From positions 1 through 46,298 of the forward strand of contig CAZGRI010000003.1 in assembly GCA_964528205.1 (NCBI GenBank): DNA of 46,298 bases, in the 5' to 3' direction. Positions within the stretch are counted from its first letter, which is position 1, and each line of letters opens with the position of its first letter. Made by a program: the position numbers and the translations under genes. Below, one piece after another: positions 1 to 8,527 of this stretch. This DNA comes from an uncultured Dehalococcoidia bacterium (GTDB taxonomy: Bacteria > Chloroflexota > Dehalococcoidia > Lucifugimonadales > CAZGRI01). The notes under the pieces were generated by a model. The model was not told the DNA's origin. It saw nothing but the letters and a program-made list of their open reading frames with translations, and made no database searches.

Positions 1-1014
1 GGATGCTTCCTCGTAGAAGGAGCGTTTCTCCAACATGCCGTGATCGCCCATCATGTCTCCGTGCTCGCTGGTGAATACGACCACCGTATTGTCGTCTATG
101 CCGGAGCGTTCAAGGGCGGACGTGATCTTCCCCACCATGCGGTCAACGAGAGTGATGTTGGCCAGGTAGTGGGCCCGGAGCGTGCGCCAGCCCAGCTCGG
201 TGGTCACGTCCTCCCTGGGCGCGGCGTAACGGGCCATGTACTCATCGTTGGTCTGGTCGACCCCATCCAGCATGAACTGCATGAAGTAGTCGGCCCTCAC
301 CCGATTCACCAGGGACGCGGTATCGGGCTTTTGGAGGAAAGCGGGACCGACGGGGAGGCCGGCCGGGTCGTACATGTCCATGAACGGACCGTGATATGGG
401 GAGTGAGGCTCGAAGGTGCTGACGTACAGGATGAAAGGCCTGTCTTTGTTCTCTTCGATGAACTCCGCGGCTCTATCCCCAAGATAGGCAGCCATCTGGT
501 GCTCTTCCGGCAGGTCGTAATGTGCGTCGGAGCTGAAGACGTTCAGGCCGTCAGTGACCCTGTCGGGCTCATAGCCGTGGTCGACAAGATAGCGGTGGTA
601 GTCCGACACGAGATAGCGCAGCTCAGGTCTGGAGTACCTCCCGACGCCAATGTCCTCAGCCGATATCCATACGTCGAAGCCGTGCTGCGCCACCAGGTCG
701 TTGCCAAGATGCCACTTGCCCATATAGCCCTTGAAGTAGTCGCTGGACACCATCTCCGAGATTACGGGCGTATCCTCGGGCAGACGGATTTGATTGACGA
801 TCGGCCCCGCCGTGTGCGGGTATAGCCCCGTCATGATGGTCGCTCTTGCGGGTGTGCAGACCGGCTGGGAGACGTAGGCGTTTCTGAACACAAAGCTCTC
901 GTCGGAGAGTGCGGTGAGATTGGGCACCTGCATCCAGTCGGCTCCATAACAGCTCATCGTGTCATGGCGCTGCTGGTCGCTCATGATGAAGACGATGTTC
1001 GGCCTGTCCGCCAT
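1..1014 (-). CDS. Sulfatase (arylsulfatase family), partial; the 3' end lies beyond the left window edge
   Basis: The minus-strand frame is open from the ATG at 1014 to position 1. It is absent from the ORF track because it has no stop in the window. Translation begins MADRPNIVFIMSDQQRHDTMSCYGADWMQVPNLTALSDESFVFRNAYVSQPVCTPARATIMTG, which includes the sulfatase C-x-P-x-R formylglycine signature (CTPAR). The listed + ORF 40..825 is its shadow. Confidence 0.85.
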   Translation of the reverse strand, partial: MADRPNIVFIMSDQQRHDTMSCYGADWMQVPNLTALSDESFVFRNAYVSQPVCTPARATIMTGLYPHTAGPIVNQIRLPEDTPVISEMVSSDYFKGYMGKWHLGNDLVAQHGFDVWISAEDIGVGRYSRPELRYLVSDYHRYLVDHGYEPDRVTDGLNVFSSDAHYDLPEEHQMAAYLGDRAAEFIEENKDRPFILYVSTFEPHSPYHGPFMDMYDPAGLPVGPAFLQKPDTASLVNRVRADYFMQFMLDGVDQTNDEYMARYAAPREDVTTELGWRTLRAHYLANITLVDRMVGKITSALERSGIDDNTVVVFTSEHGDMMGDHGMLEKRSFYEEAS

Positions 1015-1284
1015 TTCACCTGTCCTTTCCGACTGGTCCGCCCCATGAGGACGGCTCGCCGTACACCGTACTCGGAATCCGCTGTGGGGTATTCTACATT
1101 AACGGCAAGACGAGTCCCAGGAAGGCATCGGCGGAAGACTGGTCAGCCTCCTACATCACCCCCCAAGCGTTCCCCGTCCACAGCCGTGGAGAGGGGCGAT
1201 CTAAGCCTCCGGCTCGCGTTGTTCCGCCTGGGGGTGAGGTCCCGGGTCGCTCACGCGCAGGGATGCCAAGACTTGGGCCGCGCC

Positions 1285-1314
1285 TTGAGTATGCATTGAG
1301 CCTGTTGCTACAAT
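1285..1314 (+). promoter_or_regulatory. Candidate sigma70-type promoter of the rib operon (TTGAGT-18 nt-TACAAT, with TGc extended -10)
   Basis: TTGAGT at 1285-1290 and TACAAT at 1309-1314, 35 nt upstream of the ribD ATG. Confidence 0.4.
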
Positions 1315-1348
1315 CTGGAAACGAGACTCAGGCAGGTAGTCCGGTCCA

Positions 1349-2437
1349 ATGACGCACATGAAACGGGCGCTGGCACTGGCGCGCAGGGCTTTGGGCTCCG
1401 CGAGTCCGAATCCCGCCGTGGGAGCGATCGTCGTCAACGACGGCCAGATCGTGGGCGAGGGCTGGACTCAGCCGCCGGGACACCCCCATGCCGAGCCGAT
1501 GGCCCTTGGCCAGGCCGGCGCTAGGTCACACGGCGCCACGCTGTTCGTCACACTGGAGCCCTGCAACCACTTCGGCAGGACCGCCCCGTGCACTCAGGCC
1601 ATCATCGACGCCGGCATCGCCGAGGTCAGGGTGTCGACTCTCGATCCCAATCCTTTGGTGAACGGCGCCGGCATCTCACGCCTCCGGGAGGCCGGGATCA
1701 GGACGCACGTGGGCGAATGCGAGGAGCACGCCCGTCACCTCATCGAGGCGTATCTGAAGTTCGTCGAAACCGGGCTGCCGTTCGTGACCGCCAAGTTCGC
1801 TATGAGCCTCGACGGTAAGATCGCGACCCGCACCGGCGAGTCGAGATGGATCACCGGACAGGAGTCCAGACGTTGCGCGCACGAGCTCCGAGCCGCAAGC
1901 TCAGCCGTCATGGTGGGAGTGAACACGGTGCTGGCCGACGACCCACGGCTCACAGCGCGCGACGCTCAGGGGGTCGCGCTGAGCCACCAGCCGTTGAGGG
2001 TCGTTGTGGACGGCGCCGCGCGGACACCTGCAGACGCGAAGCTGCTCTTGGAGCCGGGCCGGACGCTGATAGCCGTTTCCCGGGCGGACGACGCCGCATG
2101 CCGTCGCCTGGCCGATAAGGGCGCGGAGGTTGAGTCTGCCCAGGCTGACGACGGCTCGGTGGACCTCCCACGCCTTCTGGAGGAGCTGGCGGGCCGTGAC
2201 GTGTCCAGCGTCCTGGTGGAGGGCGGGGGCACCCTGCTCGGCTCGCTGTTCGACGGGGGCCTTATCGACAAGTACGTCGCGTTCGTGGCGCCGGCCATTA
2301 TCGGCGGTGTTGATGCGCCGGGGCCAATCGGCGGCCAGGGCGTACACGGCATCGCGGACGCGCTGAGGCTCCAGAGTGTCACCGTCGAACAGCTTGGAAG
2401 CGATATCATGGTGGTCGGGTACCCTGAATCGAGGTGA
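1349..2437 (+). CDS. ribD: Bifunctional diaminohydroxyphosphoribosylaminopyrimidine deaminase / 5-amino-6-(5-phosphoribosylamino)uracil reductase
   Basis: 362-aa ORF. It has the CMP/dCMP deaminase zinc motifs HAEPMAL and TLEPCNHFGRTAPC, then the C-terminal reductase domain (KFAMSLDGKIATRTGESRWITG). It is the first gene of a rib cluster. Confidence 0.93.
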   Translation: MTHMKRALALARRALGSASPNPAVGAIVVNDGQIVGEGWTQPPGHPHAEPMALGQAGARSHGATLFVTLEPCNHFGRTAPCTQAIIDAGIAEVRVSTLDPNPLVNGAGISRLREAGIRTHVGECEEHARHLIEAYLKFVETGLPFVTAKFAMSLDGKIATRTGESRWITGQESRRCAHELRAASSAVMVGVNTVLADDPRLTARDAQGVALSHQPLRVVVDGAARTPADAKLLLEPGRTLIAVSRADDAACRRLADKGAEVESAQADDGSVDLPRLLEELAGRDVSSVLVEGGGTLLGSLFDGGLIDKYVAFVAPAIIGGVDAPGPIGGQGVHGIADALRLQSVTVEQLGSDIMVVGYPESR

Positions 2438-2438
2438 G

Positions 2439-3047
2439 ATGTTTACTGGAATCGTAGAGGAGGTGGGGTCCATCCAGTCGGTCGAACCCGGACGGCTGGT
2501 CATAGCCGCCCTCACGGTGATGGAGGACCTGGGCCTCGGTGACAGCATCAGCGTCAGCGGGGCATGCCTCACCGTCGCATCGCGTGACCGGTCTTCCTTC
2601 TCAGTCGACGTCGTCCCCGAGACCCTGCGTCGCACCAACCTGGGGTCTCTGGCCGTGGGCGACGGCGTCAACCTGGAACGGTCCCTGGCCATGGGAGGCC
2701 GTCTGGGGGGCCATATCGTGCAAGGCCACGTCGACGCTACCGGCGCGATCGACAGCGTCGAAGAGGAGGGGGAGGCCCTGCTGGTGAGCGTCGGTGCACC
2801 GCCGTCGGTGATGCGCTACGTGGTGGAGAAGGGGTTCATAGCTGTGGACGGGACGAGTCTCACGGTAGTAAACTGTTCCAACCAAGGGTTTACGGTGACG
2901 CTGATACCCTATACACGGGCGAACACGGTCCTGGGCGCTCGAGGCGTCGGCGACTCGGTCAACCTGGAGATCGACATACTGGCCAAGTACGTAGAGCGAC
3001 TGCAGAGCGGACCGACGGAGCCAGTCGACCCACCGCTCGGCACATAA
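2439..3047 (+). CDS. ribE: Riboflavin synthase (alpha chain)
   Basis: The internal ATG at 2439 gives the canonical N-terminus [12 protein letters not shown] and lies 1 nt after the ribD stop. A duplicated lumazine-binding repeat is present ([13 protein letters not shown] / GDSVNLE). The track ORF 2376..3047 carries a spurious N-terminal extension. Confidence 0.9.
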   Translation: MFTGIVEEVGSIQSVEPGRLVIAALTVMEDLGLGDSISVSGACLTVASRDRSSFSVDVVPETLRRTNLGSLAVGDGVNLERSLAMGGRLGGHIVQGHVDATGAIDSVEEEGEALLVSVGAPPSVMRYVVEKGFIAVDGTSLTVVNCSNQGFTVTLIPYTRANTVLGARGVGDSVNLEIDILAKYVERLQSGPTEPVDPPLGT

Positions 3048-3061
3048 ACTGGAGAGTCTGA

Positions 3062-4294
3062 ATGCCCCTTTCCTCGGTCGAGGAGGGAATCGAAGACATA
3101 AAGGCGGGGCGCATGGTCGTCATCGTCGACGATGAGGACCGTGAGAACGAAGGCGACCTGGCCATGGCCGCCGAGTGCGTGACGCCCGAGGCCGTCAACT
3201 TCATGGCGACCTACGGGCGCGGGCTCATCTGCGTGCCGATGATGGCCCAGCGTCTCGAGCAGCTCGGCATCCACCTGATGGTCCACGACAACACGGCCCG
3301 CCTTGGCACCGCCTTCACCGTCTCTGTCGATGTCCTACAGGGCGCAACCACGGGCATATCGGCTTACGATCGCGCCGCCACGGTGAGGGCCCTCCTGGCC
3401 CCGGAGACCAAGCCCGAGGACCTGGGCAGGCCCGGCCACGTGTTCCCACTGCGTTATCGGGAGGGGGGCGTGCTGGTCAGGGCCGGCCAGACGGAGGCGT
3501 CGGTGGACCTGGCCCGCCTGGCCGGGCTGCAGCCCTCGGCCGTCATATGCGAGATCATGGCCGATGACGGCAGCATGGCGCGCATGCCTCAGCTAGAGGG
3601 GTTCTCAGCCAAGCACGACGTCAAGATAGTCTCGGTCGCGGACATAATCGCCTATCGTCGAGACCATGAAAAGCTCATAGAACGGGTGGCCGAAGCACGT
3701 ATTCCCACGGAGTACGGCGAGTTCCAGGCGGTGTCATATCGGAGCCTGGTGGACGCGGACGAGCACGTGGCACTGGTGATGGGCGCCGTCAACGACAAGG
3801 ACCCGACGCTCGTCAGGGTCCACAGCGAGTGCCTGACCGGCGACGTGTTCGGCAGCATCCGGTGCGACTGCGGCGAACAGAAAGCCCTGGCCCTGGAAGC
3901 CATCGTGCGGGAGGGGTCGGGCGTCTTCCTGTACATGCGCCAGGAGGGCCGTGGCATAGGCCTGCACAACAAGCTCAAGGCATACTCGCTCCAGGATGAC
4001 GGACTGGACACCGTGGACGCCAACATCGCGCTGGGCTTCGCTCCCGACCTGCGGCACTACGGGGTCGGCGCGCAGATCCTCGCCGACCTGGGAGTCAGGA
4101 GACTGCGCATCCTCACCAACAACCCCAGGAAGGTCGTTGGCCTCGAGAGCTTCGGGCTCGAGCTGGTGGAGCAGGTCCCCATCGTCGCCTCCACCAACGA
4201 TGAGAACCGGCGCTATCTGGAGGCAAAGCGAACCAGAATGGGCCACCTGCTGGACGTGACGGGCTCGGGAGGCGTGGCGGAGGCGGACGAATGA
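3062..4294 (+). CDS. ribBA: Bifunctional 3,4-dihydroxy-2-butanone-4-phosphate synthase / GTP cyclohydrolase II
   Basis: 410 aa. DHBP synthase motifs ([17 protein letters not shown]) are followed by the GTP cyclohydrolase II zinc motif ([19 protein letters not shown]). Confidence 0.93.
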   Translation: MPLSSVEEGIEDIKAGRMVVIVDDEDRENEGDLAMAAECVTPEAVNFMATYGRGLICVPMMAQRLEQLGIHLMVHDNTARLGTAFTVSVDVLQGATTGISAYDRAATVRALLAPETKPEDLGRPGHVFPLRYREGGVLVRAGQTEASVDLARLAGLQPSAVICEIMADDGSMARMPQLEGFSAKHDVKIVSVADIIAYRRDHEKLIERVAEARIPTEYGEFQAVSYRSLVDADEHVALVMGAVNDKDPTLVRVHSECLTGDVFGSIRCDCGEQKALALEAIVREGSGVFLYMRQEGRGIGLHNKLKAYSLQDDGLDTVDANIALGFAPDLRHYGVGAQILADLGVRRLRILTNNPRKVVGLESFGLELVEQVPIVASTNDENRRYLEAKRTRMGHLLDVTGSGGVAEADE

Positions 4295-4764
4295 CCAGGG
4301 AGATCGAGGGAGGTCTCCAGGGCGAGGGTCTCCGTATCGGCGTCGTGGTGGCCCGCTTCAACAACTTCGTGACGGCGAAGCTGCTGGAGGGGGCGCAGTC
4401 GGCCCTCGCCGGTCACGGTGTAGCCGACGACGACGTCACCGTCGTCAGGGTCCCCGGCTCGTTCGAGATACCGGTCGTGGCCCGCAAAATGGCGGAGTCG
4501 GACCGTTTCGACGCCGTGGTGTGCCTCGGGGCGGTGATCAGGGGCGAGACGGACCACTACGAGCACGTGGCCGGCGAGGCGGCCAGGGGCATCGCGAACG
4601 CCTCGGTCGCGACCGGCAAGCCCGTGGTCTTCGGAGTGCTGACCACCGACACCGTCGAGCAGGCCACCAAACGCGCCGGCGGCAAACAGGGCAACAGCGG
4701 CTACAGCGCCGCCGTCGCGGCCATCGAGATGGCCAACGTCCTCCGCGCCCTGGACTCGGACTAA
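4291..4764 (+). CDS. ribH: 6,7-dimethyl-8-ribityllumazine synthase
   Basis: 157 aa. Typical lumazine synthase sequence (RIGVVVARFNNFVT, VPGSFEIPV, GAVIRGETDHYE). Its start overlaps the ribBA stop (ATGA). Confidence 0.93.
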   Translation: MTREIEGGLQGEGLRIGVVVARFNNFVTAKLLEGAQSALAGHGVADDDVTVVRVPGSFEIPVVARKMAESDRFDAVVCLGAVIRGETDHYEHVAGEAARGIANASVATGKPVVFGVLTTDTVEQATKRAGGKQGNSGYSAAVAAIEMANVLRALDSD

Positions 4765-4791
4765 ACCCTGAGGCGGGGCGTCCGCTTCAAC

Positions 4792-4821
4792 TTGAAAGAG
4801 CGCGTTCAGGCTTGGTAGAAT
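4792..4821 (+). promoter_or_regulatory. Candidate promoter of the tRNA-Gln/tRNA-Glu pair (TTGAAA-18 nt-TAGAAT)
   Basis: TTGAAA at 4792-4797 and TAGAAT at 4816-4821, preceded by TGg. The predicted start is a few nt before tRNA position 1 (4832). Confidence 0.4.
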
Positions 4822-4831
4822 TCAAGTCTGT

Positions 4832-4905
4832 TGGGGATTCGTCTAGTGGTAGGACGACAGACTCTGGATCTGTAAGCCGAGGTTCGAATCCTCGATCCCC
4901 AGCCA
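4832..4905 (+). tRNA. tRNA-Gln (anticodon CTG), CCA encoded
   Basis: Cloverleaf folded by hand. Acceptor tggggat/atcccca with the bacterial Gln U1:A72 pair, D arm gtctagtggtaggac, anticodon stem-loop acaga-ctCTGga-tctgt, T arm cgagg-ttcgaat-cctcg, then g-CCA. Confidence 0.9.
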
Positions 4906-4923
4906 ACTTTATTGGCCCTGCGT

Positions 4924-5000
4924 GGCGCATTCGTCTAGCGGCCAAGGACACCGCCCTCTCAAGGCGGAGATCACGGGTTCGAATCCCGTATGCGCTACCA
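4924..5000 (+). tRNA. tRNA-Glu (anticodon CTC), CCA encoded
   Basis: Acceptor ggcgcat/atgcgct, D arm gtctagcggccaaggac, anticodon stem-loop ccgcc-ctCTCaa-ggcgg, T arm acggg-ttcgaat-cccgt, then a-CCA. Confidence 0.9.
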
Positions 5001-5236
5001 CCCCTTCCGTTTCTTCGACCACGTCTTCAATTTGGGCGGGGTTGGCGTCGAGCGGGACCATAACGTCGCTGTAGCCAGCTCGCTTTGCGATACTGAAGCC
5101 ACGGTGCTTCAAAATCGCTTCGACGGGCTCCGGCCCCATCACCGTTGAATACACTCGTACCCTCGCGGGACATCATTGCGACACGCCCCTACATGTATTA
5201 GCCTGTGTCGCAAGTTGAGCTTGTGGGAGCGAACCG

Positions 5237-5923
5237 ATGCCTGACTGGAAGAAGGTTATCAAGGAGATAGCAACGGCGGTCGAGGAAGCCTCACGAGAAG
5301 CCAAGGCCAAACCTCAGACCAAGAGGAAGGTCACGACCAGGAGGACACAGGAGCCGAACAGATGCCTCTTCTGGGATTGCGATACCCCAATTCGTGCCGA
5401 CCACATCCTGTGCTATGACCACTTTGGTGACCTACAAGATGGGTTGATCGACGAATGCCCCGGCTGCGGCCTAGCCAAGGATGTCCAATATGAGGTCTGT
5501 CTGGACTGTTATCGGGCGGGCGAGAGGAAGCCAAAGCCGACCAGGGCGACCGCAAAAACTAGGCAGACCAAGAAGGCGGCCTCAACCAACACCTGGTATC
5601 GCCAGGAGTATTCCCCCGCTTGGGAGGCTGGGGATGCGACGGCCAGCCAGTTCTTCGTGTACATCCTCAAACTGGACGGCGGCGGCTTCTATCCAGGCCA
5701 GACACGGGAGCTGAGAGAACGCCTGTCCGAGCATCGTGATGGGAGAGTCAAGACCACTGCGGGCAAGCACCCCAAACTCCAATGGTTTGGCATACTGCCA
5801 ACCAGGGAAGCGGCCACGAGTGTCGAGGTGGAGCTGAAGAAGCTGGTGGATAGCAACCCGCGCCAGGTGCGGCGCATGGTCATAGGGTTCAAGGACCTGG
5901 TGGAGGAGCTCGACTACAGGTGA
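5237..5923 (+). CDS. GIY-YIG nuclease-family protein with a Cys/His-rich N-terminal zinc-finger region
   Basis: 228 aa. The C-terminal half matches the GIY-YIG/UPF0213 pattern (FFVYILKLDGGGFYPGQTRELRERLSEHRDG ... EAATSVEVELKKL). The N-terminal half has CLFWDC-x8-HILCYDH plus a CPGC-x12-CLDC ribbon and a Lys/Arg-rich linker. Confidence 0.75.
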   Translation: MPDWKKVIKEIATAVEEASREAKAKPQTKRKVTTRRTQEPNRCLFWDCDTPIRADHILCYDHFGDLQDGLIDECPGCGLAKDVQYEVCLDCYRAGERKPKPTRATAKTRQTKKAASTNTWYRQEYSPAWEAGDATASQFFVYILKLDGGGFYPGQTRELRERLSEHRDGRVKTTAGKHPKLQWFGILPTREAATSVEVELKKLVDSNPRQVRRMVIGFKDLVEELDYR

Positions 5924-6501
5924 TCGGCGCTCCGGTGTGGATGTTCTGACTGGCGGCCCTGGGCTTCCCACTCCGTTGCGAGCATCCCATAGACCATCAG
6001 GTCGGCGAAGCGGCCGTTCTTCCACACCCGCTGCCTCAAGACTCCTTCCTGGGTGAAGCCCAGCTTCTCGGGGATCGCGCGGCTCCTCAGGTTGTCGGGG
6101 TCGCAGCGTATCTCGATGCGATTAAGGCCGAGGTCGTTGAACGCATGGTCGAGCACCGCCCGGCAGGACCTGGTCACGAGACCTTTCCCCTGGTGCGCTT
6201 CGTCCAGCCAGTAGTGGATATCCGTGTGCTTGTTCGTACGATCGATCTCGTGAAGCCCTACAACGCCCGCCAGCTTGCCCTCGGACCAGATTCCTGCCAG
6301 AAAGCCTCCATTCTCCACGAACATTCCCAGGTCGTGCCTGATGCGGTCCACGGTGTCCCGCAACGAGGTGTGCTCGGGCACCCAGGGGATCCACTTTCGA
6401 AGGTGCTCTCGATTCCGATCGATGAGGGCAAATAGCTCCGCGGCATGTCGCTCCTCGAGGAGCCGGATCTCTGCATCGTCATCAAGTTGGAACCGAAACA
6501 T
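5914..6501 (-). CDS. GNAT family N-acetyltransferase (RimJ/RimL-like)
   Basis: 195 aa. Typical RimL-type pattern (IRLLEERHAAELFALIDRNREHLRKWIPW ... HQGKGLVTRSCRAVLDHAF ... NRIEIRCDPDNLRSRAIPEKLGF). Confidence 0.85.
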   Translation of the reverse strand: MFRFQLDDDAEIRLLEERHAAELFALIDRNREHLRKWIPWVPEHTSLRDTVDRIRHDLGMFVENGGFLAGIWSEGKLAGVVGLHEIDRTNKHTDIHYWLDEAHQGKGLVTRSCRAVLDHAFNDLGLNRIEIRCDPDNLRSRAIPEKLGFTQEGVLRQRVWKNGRFADLMVYGMLATEWEAQGRQSEHPHRSADHL

Positions 6502-6502
6502 G

Positions 6503-7153
6503 CTAGCCGCCTCGCCGGCTGGCCTCCACCGACCTTGCCGCTACGTCATTCCAGACGTCGGATAGCTCGGCCACGAGCTCGTATAGTCCTGAGACCGAGT
6601 CCCAGAGCGCGTTTCGAGCACCTTCTATGTCTGCGGCGTTGCCCTCGGCGATGGCCACCTTCAGCCTGCCCGCCAGGTCCCTGTGGGCGACAGATGCCGT
6701 CTGGCCGGCGTTGACCACGGCGCCCAGGGCCTCGACATATCGATCGACGACCTCGCCGTCAGAGACCGAGGCATCTATCTTCGTGTTGAACGCTTCCGGG
6801 CCGAAGAAGTGATGGGGCCTTCGATGGCCCTGGTCGTCCCAAAACGTGTGAGTCGGCTGGATGTGCGGCGTGACCGAGAGGTACATGATCGCGGGCTCGG
6901 GACCCACCGCCCGGACCGCGTGCGTCTGATCTGTCAGCGCCACACACATCTGGCCCGGCCCGACTACCTGACGTTCACCTTGTATCTCGAACTCAGCATC
7001 GCCTTCGAGGACCAGGAATACCTCCTGTCCCAGGTCGTGACTGTGGACTTCAGGCATGGGTCCGGGCTCGACCTTCACAAAACGCGACCTGATCTGAGGC
7101 GTGACCAGAGACAGATGAGTATCCACGCGGTAGTCATAGATCGGAAAGGCCAT
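6503..7153 (-). CDS. Cupin domain-containing protein
   Basis: 216 aa. Cupin motifs (HSHDLGQEVFLVLEGDAEFEIQGE ... GQMCVALTDQTHAVRAVG). Its stop lies 1 nt from the start of the downstream GNAT gene. Confidence 0.75.
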   Translation of the reverse strand: MAFPIYDYRVDTHLSLVTPQIRSRFVKVEPGPMPEVHSHDLGQEVFLVLEGDAEFEIQGERQVVGPGQMCVALTDQTHAVRAVGPEPAIMYLSVTPHIQPTHTFWDDQGHRRPHHFFGPEAFNTKIDASVSDGEVVDRYVEALGAVVNAGQTASVAHRDLAGRLKVAIAEGNAADIEGARNALWDSVSGLYELVAELSDVWNDVAARSVEASRRGG

Positions 7154-7288
7154 TCTCTCCCCCTTAGATCGGCGTTCTGTTGCCCTGAAGGGCGGTCATC
7201 CGAGTTCCCACAGGTCCGAAATCCCTTGTGCGCTACCATCCCTCCCTGTATCCGACCACATTCTCGCTTTGCGCATCCATGCCGGTCC

Positions 7289-8113
7289 CTATAACGTTTG
7301 GCGGGACAGGAACGCGAAGCTCGCCTTCAGGTTATCGAACACGTTGGCGTCCGACGGTATCTCCATGATCGCCGGGCCGTCGAAGCCCTGGTCCTCCAGT
7401 ATGTCCAGCATCCGGCCGCAGTCCAGATCGCCGGTGTCGACGCTGTGGTACGGCTTCCCCGCGCGCGACTGCTTGAAATGAACGATCTTGTTCACGTCGG
7501 GCGGGATGTCTGCCAGGTCTTCCAGAGGGTCGGTATCCGGATGACCCCTTAGCTGATTTATCGGGTCGGGGCACAGACCGAGGTAGCCGCTTTCGTCAGG
7601 GTCCATCCTGTCTCTGGCCATGTCGACCAGCATGGCGATGTTGTCGATAGGAAGCCAGGAGTTCTCTATCGACAGGACAACCCCCTGTCGTGCCGCCTCG
7701 GCTGCTAATTCGGAGACAGCAAGGGCCTGGTCCGGAACGTCATCGGGCGACTCCCATCGCGCATCAAATGGGGCCGGGTCCACGAGCCGCAGGTGAGGCT
7801 CGGTCCTTCCAACCGCCTTGGCCCCCTCCAGCGCGGCCTGGAACGCGTCGCCCCGAGGTTCGCTCCTCCGCGTCAGGCACGGCCATGCCATGGCGAGGTT
7901 GAAGCTCAGGTCAGGACTCGCGTCCGCCAGTGCCCGCAGCCTGGTCACGACGGGGCGCCACTCGTCTCCCTCACCGGTCTCGTAATCCCCAAGGCAGGTC
8001 TGCCTCAGCTCGATGTGCCTGGCGCCGCAGGCCTCGGCCTTCGTCACCAGGTCCTTCACATCCGTTGTCTGTAACTGGTGTCGCCAGGAATTGGTAATGG
8101 CTCCGAAGATCAT
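7289..8113 (-). CDS. Sugar phosphate isomerase/epimerase (xylose isomerase-like TIM barrel)
   Basis: 274 aa. Family-typical segments (GARHIELRQT, LSIENSW, IVHFKQSRAGKPYHSVDTGDLD). Confidence 0.78.
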   Translation of the reverse strand: MIFGAITNSWRHQLQTTDVKDLVTKAEACGARHIELRQTCLGDYETGEGDEWRPVVTRLRALADASPDLSFNLAMAWPCLTRRSEPRGDAFQAALEGAKAVGRTEPHLRLVDPAPFDARWESPDDVPDQALAVSELAAEAARQGVVLSIENSWLPIDNIAMLVDMARDRMDPDESGYLGLCPDPINQLRGHPDTDPLEDLADIPPDVNKIVHFKQSRAGKPYHSVDTGDLDCGRMLDILEDQGFDGPAIMEIPSDANVFDNLKASFAFLSRQTL

Positions 8114-8279
8114 AAGTGACTCCTACACCGGGCCTCTCTCGCTCGATCTCATTGTTTGGCCTACTAACCGCGGCGACGCCCGGCGGGTCAGGTATACTAT
8201 GATTGTTGTCAGTGTCAGACTCCGAGGCCCAGGTGACTGAAGTCTCCGAGGCTATGAATCCGGGCCGGGCCTTATTCAA

Positions 8280-8474
8280 TTGGTTTGTGAGGTAAGTCCC
8301 TTGTCGCGAGCGCGAACCGAGTGGTACGACGATCACCCTCCGGCGTGTACATGCGCCACCTGCAGCCAGAGGCGTCTGGGCAGGGGCAGGCGGTCTGACA
8401 GGAGGTTCGCGTCTGCGTTCTCAGGCCGGGGTTGGTGGCGTCGCCTGCTAAGGGCCATAGGCATCGGCCGTTAG
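8280..8474 (+). CDS. Small hypothetical protein with a CxCxxC motif (weak call)
   Basis: 64-aa ORF with a TTG start in an otherwise empty 414-nt intergenic gap. GC-rich third positions. Contains HPPACTCATCSQRR. I recognised no family. Confidence 0.25.
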   Translation: MVCEVSPLSRARTEWYDDHPPACTCATCSQRRLGRGRRSDRRFASAFSGRGWWRRLLRAIGIGR

Positions 8475-8527
8475 CTGGACGACTCGATCTTCGACCGTGT
8501 ACGGCGTGCTGGGCCAAGCCCAACTCT

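Noticed and set aside
40-825. 261-aa plus-strand ORF at the left edge
   Set aside because: It is the shadow of the minus-strand sulfatase, whose CTPAR signature and MSDQQRHD N-terminus are unambiguous.
1200-1348. Possible FMN (RFN) riboswitch upstream of ribD
   Set aside because: Only a short, vague match to the 3' RFN segment is present. The conserved 5' core is missing, and the best promoter leaves about 28 nt of leader. I kept it as a finding about absence, to be settled with Infernal.
4909-5154. 81-aa minus-strand ORF (MYSTVMGPEPVEAILKHRGFSIAKRAGYSDVMVPLD...) next to the GIY-YIG gene
   Set aside because: Its C-terminal third is read through the tRNA-Glu gene, so the ORF as drawn cannot be real. 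At most the first ~50 codons are a gene fragment. I recognised no family.
4832-5923. Integrated mobile element or prophage at the tRNA genes
   Set aside because: There is no integrase, and I found no direct repeat of the tRNA 3' end further downstream in the window. Only the single GIY-YIG gene looks foreign, which is insufficient to call a mobile element.
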